In this document: positions 48,252 through 61,225 of the stretch, one piece after another
Numbering within the stretch: position 1 is the first letter of the stretch
Layout: each line of letters begins with the position of its first letter
From: Fistulifera solaris
Lineage: Eukaryota
Direction: 5' to 3'
DNA length: 64,000 nt
Assembly: GCA_030295235.1 (NCBI GenBank)
Contig: AP026145.1
Location: 806,001-870,000, forward strand
The notes under the pieces: model-generated
Seen by the model: only the letters and a program-made list of their open reading frames with translations
Databases searched by the model: none
Told to the model about the DNA's origin: nothing
Position numbers and translations under genes: made by a program

Positions 48252-50360
48252 TCTTCTTCCGTGCTTTCAGCTGAAGACTCGAACTATACCTAATTACTAG
48301 CCTGTAAGGCGTATTGTGCCACACGAAAACTCCCCAAGGAGATCAGTTCTCGTTTCTCGTGTCTCCTTTGTCTTTTTTATGAACTAATAATGAAAAATGT
48401 TTTGCGTGTTTTGTTGTCGTCGAGGGCTAGTCCATTGTAAATGTTGCTATAAGCGCAACTAGTAGCTAAACAATCGCACCGGTACTTAGACCGTAAACAG
48501 CATTATAATAACCTGTTACAAATTTCTGCAAAACAGTATCGTTTCATGCTGAAGTTCTCAATTCTGCTTGGAGAAAGATTCAAAAGATCCACTTCAACAT
48601 CGTGTCAGCATCAGAAATATTTGTGTGGACAGGATTGGACCCTCCCAAGGTTCCAAAGGTTGAAAACGATGCCCAATCAAACTCCCAATTCCAAGCTCCG
48701 AGCCAAAAAGAGTCAAAAAGATCCTCTTCAACATTGCAAAAATTCATGAAATTGTTCATACACTGTCCGTTGCATTCTCTCTCATTGAAGCACCGCTTTT
48801 TGCAGAAGAAGAAACCCAAATATCAACTGACGTGGCAGTTCCAGCAACGTCAAACTCTCTTAGTTACAACTCTTAAAAGGCCCTGCAAATTGGCTGTACA
48901 ATTGACACATCAACACCAATCAAGACATCCTTCCTGGCAGTGAACACCCAATGTTCCTCCGCATGTTGCACAGCTTCTCTTCCACATGCTCATTCCATCA
49001 TAATAATTTGTAGTAAAACTTCTTTCTATTGCTTATTTTACAGATAACTGTATTTTTTGCTTCTGGCTCAGAGCCGAGCAACACATGTAAAGGCCTTGCT
49101 TCTTCTATGTTCTAATACTTTACAAAAATACCTATACCTTTTATTGGTTTGCTTATGTTGTTAATAATCAAAAGCCTTCTATGCAACACATGTGGTGCCA
49201 GTCATTGCTCATTGCTGCAGTTAAGGGCTTCTTTCTCACAACCCTACAACACAAACAAAGCCTCATAGTCTGATAAAGCTTTGGTCTGTGTAGAATCTCC
49301 TTTCAAGCCACATGGCACAAGGAAAGAAATAATGATGGAGCAATACAGAGCTCCCTTTCATCATGCAGCCCAGCACTCCTTGTGCAGCCAGCATGCAGCA
49401 CTTTTAGCTAGAGCCGCCTATTCAATACATCTACCTGAATGAACTTCAGATTGTTGCAGTGTTGGACAGCTTGAATAGGGACAAGATACTGTAGTGTCAA
49501 ATGCAATCTATTTTCTTCATAACATAGTTTCATAACAACTTTTACTGTCTTGCTGCTTCCTTGTGCCCGCTGCCAGTGAGGCAGATAGCTGCTGGTATCA
49601 AAGGTAATGACTTTCATCTAGAATTTTTGAGCTAAATAGCTAAAGTACCATCCTCTAAGCAGAGCTTTTCTGAAGTATTTTAGTCTATACATCTGGTGGA
49701 CTTTCCTACTTGTGAAGTTGTTGTGTTGGCAAAGAGAGTTGAGTTCCTTTATGCACAAAGTTCTTCTTAGCTTGCTTGTATTTCTCTTTTCATTCACTAT
49801 TTTGATTTCTTACGAGTCTAAAATTATTGACTCTAGCTTTTTCTTGACTCGGATCTTAATTCTTATACTGTTGACTGTTTACTACGGAGTACACTTTTAA
49901 TCATTCTGAAAGCAAAGTCACAGTGGTCGAGTTGCAGTTAAGCAGTACGGAGTATTTTTCATTACAGTATAAAATAAAACAACATCCTTTCCAATACTGC
50001 AAACCCAACAAACATTTCAAATACAGCAGCTCAATTGAGGAACGATGATAAGATCCCAACAGTTTATCAACGTCGTGAACTTCAGCTTGGAGGTTGGCGT
50101 GGACGACTCAACACCTCTCTTTTCATCCTCATGATGCAGTGTCCGTACTTGGTCCGTGCTACCTGGTACGTCAACATCAGTAAGGTTAGGGACCAATTCA
50201 GTCATTTGGTCGGAACATCGTTTGGATTTTAAAAAGTCAAACATCAAAACGGCTAGAATAAGGACCACCACGTCTATCAAGTCATGTGAATCCTTTGTCC
50301 ATCAAAAAGGGTTGTAAATAATTTTAAAACAAAGAGCGCTAGAATTTTGAGAGACAAAAA

Positions 50361-50410
50361 TGGTGCCCGTGAGGATTAGAGACGTGCTCTTACCCCTGAC
50401 CTATGGCACC
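50361..50410 (-). pseudogene. Internally deleted tRNA-like sequence (probably tRNA-Ile AAT)
   Basis: Minus strand reads GGTGCCATAGGTCAGGGGTAAGAGCACGTCTCTAAT/CCTCACGGGCACCA followed by TTTTT. Acceptor stem, D-arm and 3' T-stem are present. About 23 nt of the anticodon 3' strand, variable loop and TTCG are missing. Confidence 0.55.
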
Positions 50411-50894
50411 ATTCAAAACATTAGTTGCCTTGATGATTGAAATGCAATACAAATTATAAGAGAAGATACTACGGTGCCTTAGGGTGTCTCGAATAGAGAC
50501 TTCTTATCTGAACAGAGAGAATCTCATTGAATCCGAAACCTAGAGCGTCCCAGTCCCGGATGATTCATGAATCAATCCTATAAAAAGCCAGATCATCAAA
50601 CAAAAGTCAGCGAGCGCGACCGCTCCAATAAAGAAATTCCAGCCTAGACTACGTGACCGCTCGCGCAGCGAGCTCGACCTCATAATAAACAAAACCCAGC
50701 CTATATATGTGACAATTTCCAATTCGGCTTGTAATAGTGCTGCGAATTTGTTCTCATAAGTCATTTCCGCCCGCAATTCTAATATACCGCCACCGAAAGA
50801 TCAGAAACTACATCAAAATGGTATAAACTCATTCATCCTGCTATATACTGTTTCAAGTTCAGGACTATTCTACGTAAATCGAAAGGATCATCAT

Positions 50895-51964
<1,070 letters not shown>

Positions 51965-52662
51965 GATGATTGTTTGTTGTTTGTTTGCTAAGATAACACA
52001 AAGGCAGAGCGATTGCTTGACTTGGTGTTGTTTTTATTGTGAGTGTAGTTTCGTTTTTTCGCTTCTCGTGCCCAAAAGATCCAAAAATGCGAAGCGTCGA
52101 AACACGAAGAACGTCCAACGAAAATCTGGCAACGGCGCGGAAAAGATTTTGGAGTGCTCGTGACGCAAAGCAGCACCGTTGACGCTTCTCATTTTTGACA
52201 CCACACTTTATCCTATACAACTCGCAAAGTGTATCATTGGTAAGTACCCCTAGAGGGAATGACGACACGACGTTTGGACGAAGGCGGAGCAGGTGCCATG
52301 CAAAATTCCAAATTCCATGTGCTTGCAACAAGGATGTACAAAGACAGGACGACCCAACTCTCGAATCTCGAATGCGAGGTGCGACTTCTTGATCGTAAAA
52401 TGCCCCTCAATCAAACCGCACGCACCTTCAATCGGAATCAGTTGAATACGATTTCGCGTGACGATAGCGATAAGAGAGTAAGAAGAAAAGCGGCCACTCG
52501 TCAGAGTGAACGGGAAGGTCGGCTGCCAAAAGAAGGCTACTTTAACAACACCGTGTAATTTTTAAGGGTACGCAAGTGAGAAAACCGTACTGATTTATTT
52601 CATTAACTTTGGTGATGCAACTCGTGCTTCCAATTACTTTACTGCGCATCATTTTCGTCGCA

Positions 52663-52974
52663 TTAGGGGCAACCTCCGCACTCGAGACGACCCAGAATGC
52701 GGAGAGAGTTCGCCACAGCGTTGCGAAGAGGGGTGTTTCTCCAGCAGCGTTCTTGCGGCTCGGAGATCCCTGGAACACCGTAGTAACAAACACGGTATTC
52801 ATCATCATTGAATCCGCAGGTGAAGCTTTCGCAGTTCTCCAAGACAACTCCTAGCTCACGGGCGGGGCCGACCGCCGATAGATGCGGCTTGTCTTCGACG
52901 GCGACAGCAGTGTGGCTGCTGAGGCCAACCACGGCGAGAATCAAGGCGGAGCTGATGATAGAGAAAGATTTCAT
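52663..52974 (-). CDS. Small secreted 6-Cys protein, paralog 1
   Basis: Signal peptide, DKPHLSAVGPAREL and a Cys-rich core conserved in three copies. Confidence 0.85.
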   Translation of the reverse strand: MKSFSIISSALILAVVGLSSHTAVAVEDKPHLSAVGPARELGVVLENCESFTCGFNDDEYRVCYYGVPGISEPQERCWRNTPLRNAVANSLRILGRLECGGCP

Positions 52975-54064
52975 GATGTTTCTTAAGCGGAGGCGCTTCG
53001 GTTTAAAAAATGAAGATGGGAGATTGTGAAATGAATTTGAGATGGATCGAAAGTAAGTTCTTCGACACTCGTTTCAAAAAGATTGACGTTTTTGTCGATG
53101 CCTTTTTTGAAAAAGATCGATAATCGCATAACGCATTGGAAGAAAGAAGAATGCGATTGAATGTCTGCTACAATCTGTGCGAGAGTAATGGAAAAGGCCC
53201 AAAGATAGCCAATCACGACCCGAGAGCTGGTATTACGAGGTATGAAGTCACAAGATGTAAATCGTGAAATAATGTACTAAAAATTTCGTTGTACGTAGAC
53301 TTAGTACTGCTTAGCAGGTACCTGTGGACATCCTTGTTTTCGCACAAAGTACAAATTGGTCAGCCTTAGCCCTTTCCTAATACGTAGTAACGCCTTAGAC
53401 CATTCACGGACAACGACTACGATACGGCGGGTCACGAGTGAGTCTCGAGCTATGGATGACGATCGAGGCGAAAGCAGCTGTTTTAAATCATTGGGGCCCA
53501 AAGGTCGCCTCAGATCTCAATTAGCATCAGTCAACCATGTTGGCTATCAAGGTCAAGAAGCCGTCTAATGACAGAGTATTGTTTTACAAATGTATTTAAT
53601 GCCATGAGCAAATGAGTAAAGTCGAAAGTGACGATAAGAACTTTCACATCTTCTCTCTGACTCGAATACATCAAGCCTTGATCTGCGTCGTGATTTCATC
53701 GGATCGACTCCATTGCCTCAAATCAATGTATCTATGCGCATCACCCTCGTCGACCTGTGCCAAAGACGCAATCCCGCTTCGACGAAGTAGCCTGCGATCT
53801 CATGAAAGTGAAATTGAAGTAGTTGCCACGTTCCTCTAGTCAGCATGCCTCTGAAAGTAACACCCAAACTAATTACAAAGAAAAAGGCTCATAAAAACAC
53901 TCATTCTAATTACGTTTTTCTGCAAGAACGAAGTTGAAAACAGGCCATCGGGATTTGGCTGAAACCTGACCGATCTCACCCGGTGTCAGCGTCCACTCGA
54001 AAGCTGAATCCAATGTTTCGTCACACACAAATAATGCTTAGCAGTTGGCTCAACACTTGCATGT

Positions 54065-54367
54065 TTAGCAGAAACCACATTCGAGACGACCGAGAATGCG
54101 GAGCGAGTTCGCTACGGCGTTGCGGATGGGGGTGTTTCTCCAGCAAATTTCTTGAGGCTCCGAAATGAAGGGAATACCGTAGTAGCACACACGGTATTCA
54201 TCATCATCAAATCCACAGGACAAGAAGGTCTCGCAGTTCTCCAAGACGATTCCAAGGTCACGGGCCGGGCCGACGGCCGAAAGATGCGGCTTGTCGTCGT
54301 TGGCCGCGGCCAGCTGGCTACTGGCCATGGCAATCAAGGCGGGGACGATGAACGAAAAAGACTTCAT
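54065..54367 (-). CDS. Small secreted 6-Cys protein, paralog 2
   Basis: Signal peptide, DKPHLSAVGPARDL and the same six Cys. Confidence 0.85.
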   Translation of the reverse strand: MKSFSFIVPALIAMASSQLAAANDDKPHLSAVGPARDLGIVLENCETFLSCGFDDDEYRVCYYGIPFISEPQEICWRNTPIRNAVANSLRILGRLECGFC

Positions 54368-55261
54368 GACGCTTCTTGAAGGGTAGTAGTGAGGGAACGG
54401 ATTGGTGGTAATTGCAGAGAATGAGAAAGGTGCAACTTTTTTGAGGGTGATGGCGAAAGCTTATGTTGCTTATTGTTGGTTTGTGCGTTGGTGCTGACTG
54501 GATGTATGTGTGACGCTCACTCCGACTCCCGCAATTTCCGTTCACAATCTTCAAATTTAACGAGTATATAAGTTTATGTAGGAACATCACGAACAGTCGA
54601 AAAAATAGTCAAGACACTACAGACACCCACAAAAGTAGTGATGTGATTGGTTGGATCTTTGGATCCTTTCTAAATACTGTAACTCCTCTGTGAATTTTCT
54701 CGACATTTTTGTTGGAAACTAATTATCCCCTCGTGACTATAGGCGATGATGTGAAGGCATGGTTAAATCTAATGTAAGATGATTATTCTTCGGAGCTTTC
54801 GTCCACGTGAGCGCAGAATGAGTGAAGATTCAAAGTCCCGAATTACATCTAATTGGCAATTGCATGTTGCCTGGAGTGGGGTCGAGCCCAAGCTATGGCA
54901 AACAAGCCGAAATGGGCGACCGATTTAACCAGCAATGCCTGTCTTGTATATTATTGTTAATCCGTAACAAATATGCTAGAGTATGTACACGAGCAATGCA
55001 AGAGAGCAACGCTTCCGATAGGTGCACACAAATTCACAAATAGCACCGATTCATTGCTTTCAACGCCGTGTTGCGCGGGATCCACCTCGTAAACAAGAAC
55101 AAGTCGTACATCAGCCTGTATGCAATACTTCGATCAAAATATTTGCGCTACTTGTAATGACTTATGTAAGGTTTTAAGTTTGTTCAGCCAGATGCTTTAT
55201 TTGTCGAACGTGCAATCGTTAAAGCAATCAAAGGCGTAAGCCGGAATGTAAACCTATGTAT

Positions 55262-55552
55262 TCAAGGGCAGAATCCGCATTCGAGGCGGCCGAGGACACG
55301 GAGAGAATTGGCAAGGGCGTTACGAAGGGGGGTGTTTCTCCAGCAAACTTCTTGAGGCTCGGAAATGAAAGGAATACCGTAGTAGCAAACGCGGTATTCA
55401 TCGTCGCCAAAGCTGCAGCTGAAGGACTCGCAGTTCTCCAAGACAATTCCCAGATCACGTGCGGGACCGACCGACGACAAATGCGGCTTGTCTTCGTTGG
55501 CTGCGGCCATAGCCAAAATCAATGCGGAGCTAAGGATCGTGAGCGACTTCAT
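55262..55552 (-). CDS. Small secreted 6-Cys protein, paralog 3
   Basis: Signal peptide, DKPHLSSVGPARDL and the same six Cys. Confidence 0.85.
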   Translation of the reverse strand: MKSLTILSSALILAMAAANEDKPHLSSVGPARDLGIVLENCESFSCSFGDDEYRVCYYGIPFISEPQEVCWRNTPLRNALANSLRVLGRLECGFCP

Positions 55553-56084
55553 GGTGTATGTTGATTTCTTAATTGTCGAAAAAGTGGGCTTGAAGAGACT
55601 GCCGCGGAAAAAATTGTGACAACTACAAGTGCATCATCGAATCTCGAAATAATGAAGAATTGGATACTCCGCAGCAGTCGCAGCATTAAATGCCAAATGG
55701 ATTTAACAGCGTTCATGGACGAAAAACGTAACAAAAACATTTTTTGTGGCCAAAGAAAAAGCGCTAAGGAAAAGTGGCGAGAACACGTTTTGTGTATATT
55801 AAAAGAAACCTGTGAGTCGTGATTCGTTTATTTGAATTTTTGAATCTTTTATTGCTTGAGCGCGAGTTGCGCACGTTTCGTTTTTGCTTCATCGAAATTC
55901 GATCGAATTATCTCCCAACGAAACAAAGAACAAAACTAGTCGGTGAATAGTGAACAATGGGAGCTCCAATCCTCTTATTTTCCATTTCATCATGGTAGAA
56001 GTCAGTAGGATGGTGTATACGGGCAATTGCCTATCACAGAAAATTATTCTCGGCATTTGAGAACATAAACGAAACCCGTATATC

Positions 56085-56970
56085 ATGTCGGCGCACAATT
56101 TTACTAAAGGACAATATCAAAGAAAGGAAAATAACGATGAACGCGATACTACCATCAAAGCCGCGGAAAACTTGCGCCTTGGAGCCTTATCGTCGTTTGA
56201 GTTCATCAACGGGTGTTTCAACAGACAACACACCTCCCCCTTTCTACAAGCCCTCATGAAAAGCAAAATATCGTTGAATCGACAAACGAAACGTACAATC
56301 GCTTGGTAGACAAGTTACATCACAAACTCCAAGATTTGTATCCCCATCAAAATACTGGGTCGCTATCGCTGGAGGACCTGGTTCGGGAAAAACGACGTCG
56401 GCTATGACGATTGCGCATCGCATCAATACGCGTTGCGACCGCAGTGTGGCGATCGTGATTCCCATGGACGGTTTTCATTATGCGCGTGAGGAACTTATGG
56501 CACAATACGGTGGACCGGATGCTTTACGGCGTCGCGGAGCACCGTGGACGATTGATGCAAACGCCATTTACCAGAAACTGCAAGAGATTCGACAATTCGG
56601 CCGTGCCGATTTGCCCACGTACAGTCGCAAGGAATCGAATCCGGTCTTGGATGGTGTACACGTCGAAATGCATCACCGAATTTTGTTGGTGGAAGGCTTG
56701 TATTTGTTGCATACCCGTGATCCGGCTTGGGCACCACTGGATGAATTTTGGGACGAACGGTGGTTTGTGCTAGCCCCTTCTCGGGACATTCAGATCGAAC
56801 GTCTTTTGAATCGGCGATTACAGACGTGGAGTTTCTCAAAAGCCGAACAATGGGGCACCGGACGCGAAGGCGCCGAGAAACTCGTTCGTTTCAATGATGT
56901 CAAGAACATGGATTTGGTCGAATATTGTGTTGAACGTGCCGATGAAGTTATTGTAACCGTGTCTGATTAA
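56085..56970 (+). CDS. YFH7/PanK/uridine-kinase-like P-loop kinase, copy 1 (frameshifts ~56237 and ~56350)
   Basis: YWVAIAGGPGSGKTT (frame preceding 56404), IPMDGFH, RRGAPWTID and LLVEGLYLL. Confidence 0.82.
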
Positions 56971-57041
56971 TGCTGTAATAATTTATACTAATTCAATCGT
57001 TTTCATAACTAAGCAGAGAAGGCTTTAGTATTCTTTATCGC

Positions 57042-57821
57042 TTAGTCTAAAGTCTTATCATTATCATCCATTCGATGATAGACACGACATTCCTTACTCC
57101 CCGTCTCAATGATCACGTCGGCACACTCCCGACAATACGCAATCGTTTCCATATTCGGGACATCATTGTACAGGGTCCGTTTCCGGGCTCCTTCCACTCC
57201 GTCTCCCCACAATTCTTTCTTGAGAGAATTCCAGGTCCGGAACGCCCGTTGCACGACTCGTTCGATTTGTTCCTCACGAGAAGGAACTTCCACCCACCAT
57301 CGTTCGTCCCACATTTCTTGCAGGGGTGCCCACGCTGGATCCCGCGTATGCAACAAATACAAGCCTTCTACCAAAATGATGCGATGCGTGTGGGGATCAA
57401 ACGCAATGGCGTCCGGAACGGGACGGGACGTTTCGCGACTGTAATCCGGAAAATACATCCGTTGCTTAGCCTCTTGGGCGTGTCGCAAATCTTGGACCAA
57501 CGCCGTGGTATCAAAGGTAAACGGAGCTCCCTTGCGTCGCAATCCTTCCTCGCCGAATTGTTCCAGCAGTGTGTCCTGTGAACAATGATAACCATCCATG
57601 GGAATCACGAGACAACAATTCGGCTGCAAGGAATTCAAGACGAGTGCGACTTCTCGTGCACAGGTACTCTTGCCCGATCCTGGACCTCCGGCAATGCCGA
57701 CCCAATAGTGTTGGGAATCCTTGGCCCGTTGCCATAACTCGTGAGCCAATTGTTGCAGTGGCTCGTGTGTTTTGTTGTTGGTTTTCGCCCCGCTCGTTGT
57801 TTCTGCTGTCATGGTTGTCAT
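57042..57821 (-). CDS. YFH7/PanK/uridine-kinase-like P-loop kinase, copy 2
   Basis: YWVGIAGGPGSGKST, IPMDGYH, RKGAPFTFD and ILVEGLYLL. Confidence 0.88.
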   Translation of the reverse strand: MTTMTAETTSGAKTNNKTHEPLQQLAHELWQRAKDSQHYWVGIAGGPGSGKSTCAREVALVLNSLQPNCCLVIPMDGYHCSQDTLLEQFGEEGLRRKGAPFTFDTTALVQDLRHAQEAKQRMYFPDYSRETSRPVPDAIAFDPHTHRIILVEGLYLLHTRDPAWAPLQEMWDERWWVEVPSREEQIERVVQRAFRTWNSLKKELWGDGVEGARKRTLYNDVPNMETIAYCRECADVIIETGSKECRVYHRMDDNDKTLD

Positions 57822-58320
57822 GATGAGTCTTTATTAAGGAGAAGAGGTAAGTAACTTGTTTATGTTGCTGTTTAATTTTGTGAGACGAAACACCGCGATG
57901 AATGAGTGTTTCTCCTGTTTGTATGTTCGTTGACGTTCTTATCCCGAAAACCACGGCATTTTCAAAGAACGTGCCTCGAAACGCATCCTCAACAACGCAT
58001 TGACTTGGCTGAATTGCAACGAATGACCTAAGGCAAGTGATGATCTTTCGAATACGTTCGAGAATCTTCGAGAGGAAAAGAAAAAATACGTACAAAGTAG
58101 TAATGCGAGGCAACGCGCTCCCTTTATTGTTTCGTCAAGGCGAGGCAACAAAAGCAATTAAGGTTACGGGTCATTACTAAAAAACATAGTAATAACGCTA
58201 AGACATTTAATGGTTTTGGAGGTACTCAGAACCCGGAGGCAACCGAAAGAAAGGCAAAGGCAACGCGAAAACAACGCAACCTTCCTTTGACTATTCATAC
58301 ATTGATTCTTGTCTTTTCTC

Positions 58321-59391
58321 ATGCAAATTCCTCTCTGGCTAGTCCTTTTCGTCGCCATTCCTGCCCCAAGAACCGAGGCGTTGGCGGCGAAAGGGTTCGG
58401 GAAAACGACAACGAAGAAAGATACAACGAAACATGAACGCTCGCGCCCGTTGAGGATCGTCGATTCGAAGAATACAATAAATAACGAACTGGATAAGTGG
58501 GGATTACCACCTCCAACCGTCGATGATATTTTCCCTCCGTTACCTCCCGAGACGGAATTAAAACCAGCAACGAAGACCCATTATACGTTATCAGAAATAC
58601 AAGCCTGTTTGAAGGATTATATTGATTTACAATTGCATCGATCGTTCGATGAACAAGGTACTGAAATCGCATCTTCCAATCAACAACAACCGATGCAACT
58701 ACATTTATTGCATGAATCACCTCCCGTATTACGCATTGATCATTTTCTGTCACCCGACGAATGTCACGAATTGCAACATTTAGCTACATCGAACAACCAG
58801 GAGGACTGTATTCAAGTCGAATCACAAACCTTCCCCGGCGCCGTGTCTCAACGCACTTCCACATCATGGTTTACACAGTATGCGGCCGTGCCGCAATTTT
58901 TGGCGAAAGCGGTGTATCGTCTCCACATTCCTCTCGAACATATGGAAGAACCGCAGATTGTCCGATATCGTCCCCAACAATTGTTTTCGTGGCATTACGA
59001 TGAAGTCACACCGCAAGCTTTACACAATGGCGGACAACGTCTCATGACGATACTGGTGTATTTGAATACGTTACCAAAGAGTGGAGGCACACTGTTTCGG
59101 GATTTGCGCAATTCTCAACAAGATGAACCGCTCTGTGTCCAACCACAACAAGGTTCTGCCTTACTATTCTTTCCAGCCTTTGCGGATGGTCGACCTGACG
59201 ATCGAACCTTGCATCAAGGACAAGCGGTTGGTGCAGGCTATGAAAAATGGATTGTCCAAATGTGGATTCATCAACGTGAGTATCAAGCGGCGTTACCGCC
59301 GGGGAATTTACAAACGTCCGCTGTGGGTCCCATACAACAAGTCGCGCGGCAGTATGGATACGAGAATGGTGTGGAAGGAAGTACATTGTAA
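58321..59391 (+). CDS. Prolyl 4-hydroxylase-like 2OG-Fe(II) dioxygenase with N-terminal targeting peptide
   Basis: IDHFLSPDEC, RTSTS, EEPQIVRY, WHYD, GGQRLMTILVYLN, GGTLF, TLHQG and EKWIVQMW. Confidence 0.88.
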   Translation: MQIPLWLVLFVAIPAPRTEALAAKGFGKTTTKKDTTKHERSRPLRIVDSKNTINNELDKWGLPPPTVDDIFPPLPPETELKPATKTHYTLSEIQACLKDYIDLQLHRSFDEQGTEIASSNQQQPMQLHLLHESPPVLRIDHFLSPDECHELQHLATSNNQEDCIQVESQTFPGAVSQRTSTSWFTQYAAVPQFLAKAVYRLHIPLEHMEEPQIVRYRPQQLFSWHYDEVTPQALHNGGQRLMTILVYLNTLPKSGGTLFRDLRNSQQDEPLCVQPQQGSALLFFPAFADGRPDDRTLHQGQAVGAGYEKWIVQMWIHQREYQAALPPGNLQTSAVGPIQQVARQYGYENGVEGSTL

Positions 59392-59613
59392 ACCGAGCTA
59401 GAGTGGATCATGACGAATTTGGTTAAGTCTATCACCCTCGGTCAATCACCAAAATTTCACCCAAAAGCCGTCGTGATAGAGACGATAGCGGCCTTTGGTG
59501 GATGAAAGAAAGAGTGTATTTGGTTCCTCATCGATCATCAATGTCCGTCACTACTTTATTCCAGATAGCTTACGGTATAGTACTGCTTGTTATTGCTTGC
59601 TGTGTTTTAGGCT

Positions 59614-60882
59614 CTAAAAGAGATTCAAGTTATCATCATTCAAAGTCTTACGAGATGGTTTTCCTCCCTTGAGTAAGTTTTCGTATTTTCCTCCCGTATA
59701 CACAGCACCCAATTTGGTGATGTTGTTGTACGATAAATTCAAATCCTTGTTGAACGCTAGTACCGTGGACGCATACTTTTGCAACGTGGTGGCTGCTGTG
59801 GGCAAACGATCGGCATCCTTCAACAAGCTGACAATCCAATCATTCTCATCCTTGGGCATTTTGACCAACTCCTGAATGTACTTGTTGAAATTGCGTTCAT
59901 TGATATCATCGGCAGCCAAACGAGCCCCAAATCGCGACTCTTTCGTTCCGAAACTATCCGAGATGTACCAACCATCATCCGGATCTTGGTAATCCGGATC
60001 GGCTTCCAACGCCGCCTGTGCTTCCGCCTCAGCAATGTCTTCGTCCGACAAACGCTTGAACTCCGACATACGTCCCATTTTGCCCCGCTCCCGAAATTTC
60101 GGCTTGGCCGATTGACGCCAATCCTCGGTACTTCGTGCTTTCTCCACGCGTTCCAATGTGTACAGACCACACAACAACGCGATGGTTTCACGATCCGACA
60201 TGCCCGCCGAACGGAACGTATCCAAGATGACATCTTTACTCACCGTCTTGCCATTGAACAGATCCAATGGCAAGGCCGCATTGACGGGCGCATTCTTGGG
60301 CGTATCCATGCGCCCCAACTGCACCACTAAAATGGGTCCTCCCACCGATTCAATCGCTTCCGCACCCGCAATCGCCACCGCATCGGGCAACGAAATGGCA
60401 TTCTTTTGTCGCAAAAACTTTTCCGTTTCCAAAATAACGACGGCCGCTTTTTGCAAATTCGTCATGTACTCGTCACTGGCCGGTGCTTTTTGGCCGAGGA
60501 CTTGAAAGAGAATGGTCCCATCGGGTCCGTACTTGTCCGTTTTGGCTTGATACGACAACCCATCTAACAAGCTGAGATGATAGAAGGAAGGCGCTAAGGA
60601 CGGATTTTCCAAAATCGCCCGACGGACGCGTTCTTTGACACTGTCGACAGCACTGACACGCAATTCTTGATCTCCGTACATGGCTGGATCGAAAAAGACT
60701 TGTGCGTTGGCCTTGGTAGAGACAACTGCAGCAGCACCACCGATGCATCCATGGATCCAATTCCGACGCGAAAGCATCGCATCGAGTTGTGTGATCGATG
60801 TTCGAGTCGTCGGCGACGGCGTAAAGGCACTCGTTGTTGTTGTTACAACGAGCAACCAAGTGAATTGCCGAATCAATCTCAT
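59614..60882 (-). CDS. Thylakoid lumen 29-kDa ascorbate-peroxidase-like protein (TL29/APX4-like, catalytically degenerate)
   Basis: Signal+TSAF presequence, twin-Arg LSRR and ANA lumen cleavage. LSLLDGLSY..GPDG, ISLPDAVAIAG and VQLGRMD peroxidase-like motifs. Confidence 0.78.
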   Translation of the reverse strand: MRLIRQFTWLLVVTTTTSAFTPSPTTRTSITQLDAMLSRRNWIHGCIGGAAAVVSTKANAQVFFDPAMYGDQELRVSAVDSVKERVRRAILENPSLAPSFYHLSLLDGLSYQAKTDKYGPDGTILFQVLGQKAPASDEYMTNLQKAAVVILETEKFLRQKNAISLPDAVAIAGAEAIESVGGPILVVQLGRMDTPKNAPVNAALPLDLFNGKTVSKDVILDTFRSAGMSDRETIALLCGLYTLERVEKARSTEDWRQSAKPKFRERGKMGRMSEFKRLSDEDIAEAEAQAALEADPDYQDPDDGWYISDSFGTKESRFGARLAADDINERNFNKYIQELVKMPKDENDWIVSLLKDADRLPTAATTLQKYASTVLAFNKDLNLSYNNITKLGAVYTGGKYENLLKGGKPSRKTLNDDNLNLF

Positions 60883-61225
60883 GTTGACCGAGCTCAAAGT
60901 ACTATGTGTTATAACGAAGTAAAGACCGGTCGTCTTTCCCTTTCAATAAGGAAGGAAGTAAGAAACAAATAATAGAGATGCCAGCTGCTCTTATGCCATG
61001 TCAGAAAGGTTGACACAGACACAAAAATCGGATGTTTTCGTTCGAGGTTTTTGGGAGGTGACATGCCGACGACTGACGTAGCGAAGTGGCGAGACTCGCA
61101 ATACTCGTGATTTAAAAAAAGCTAGACGCACGACACTTATACGGACAAACAACAAAGTAAAAATCAATCACTCCTTAGTGGGTTATGCATAATTTCGTTT
61201 CATTTCATGATTGTGCGTTTGTTTG

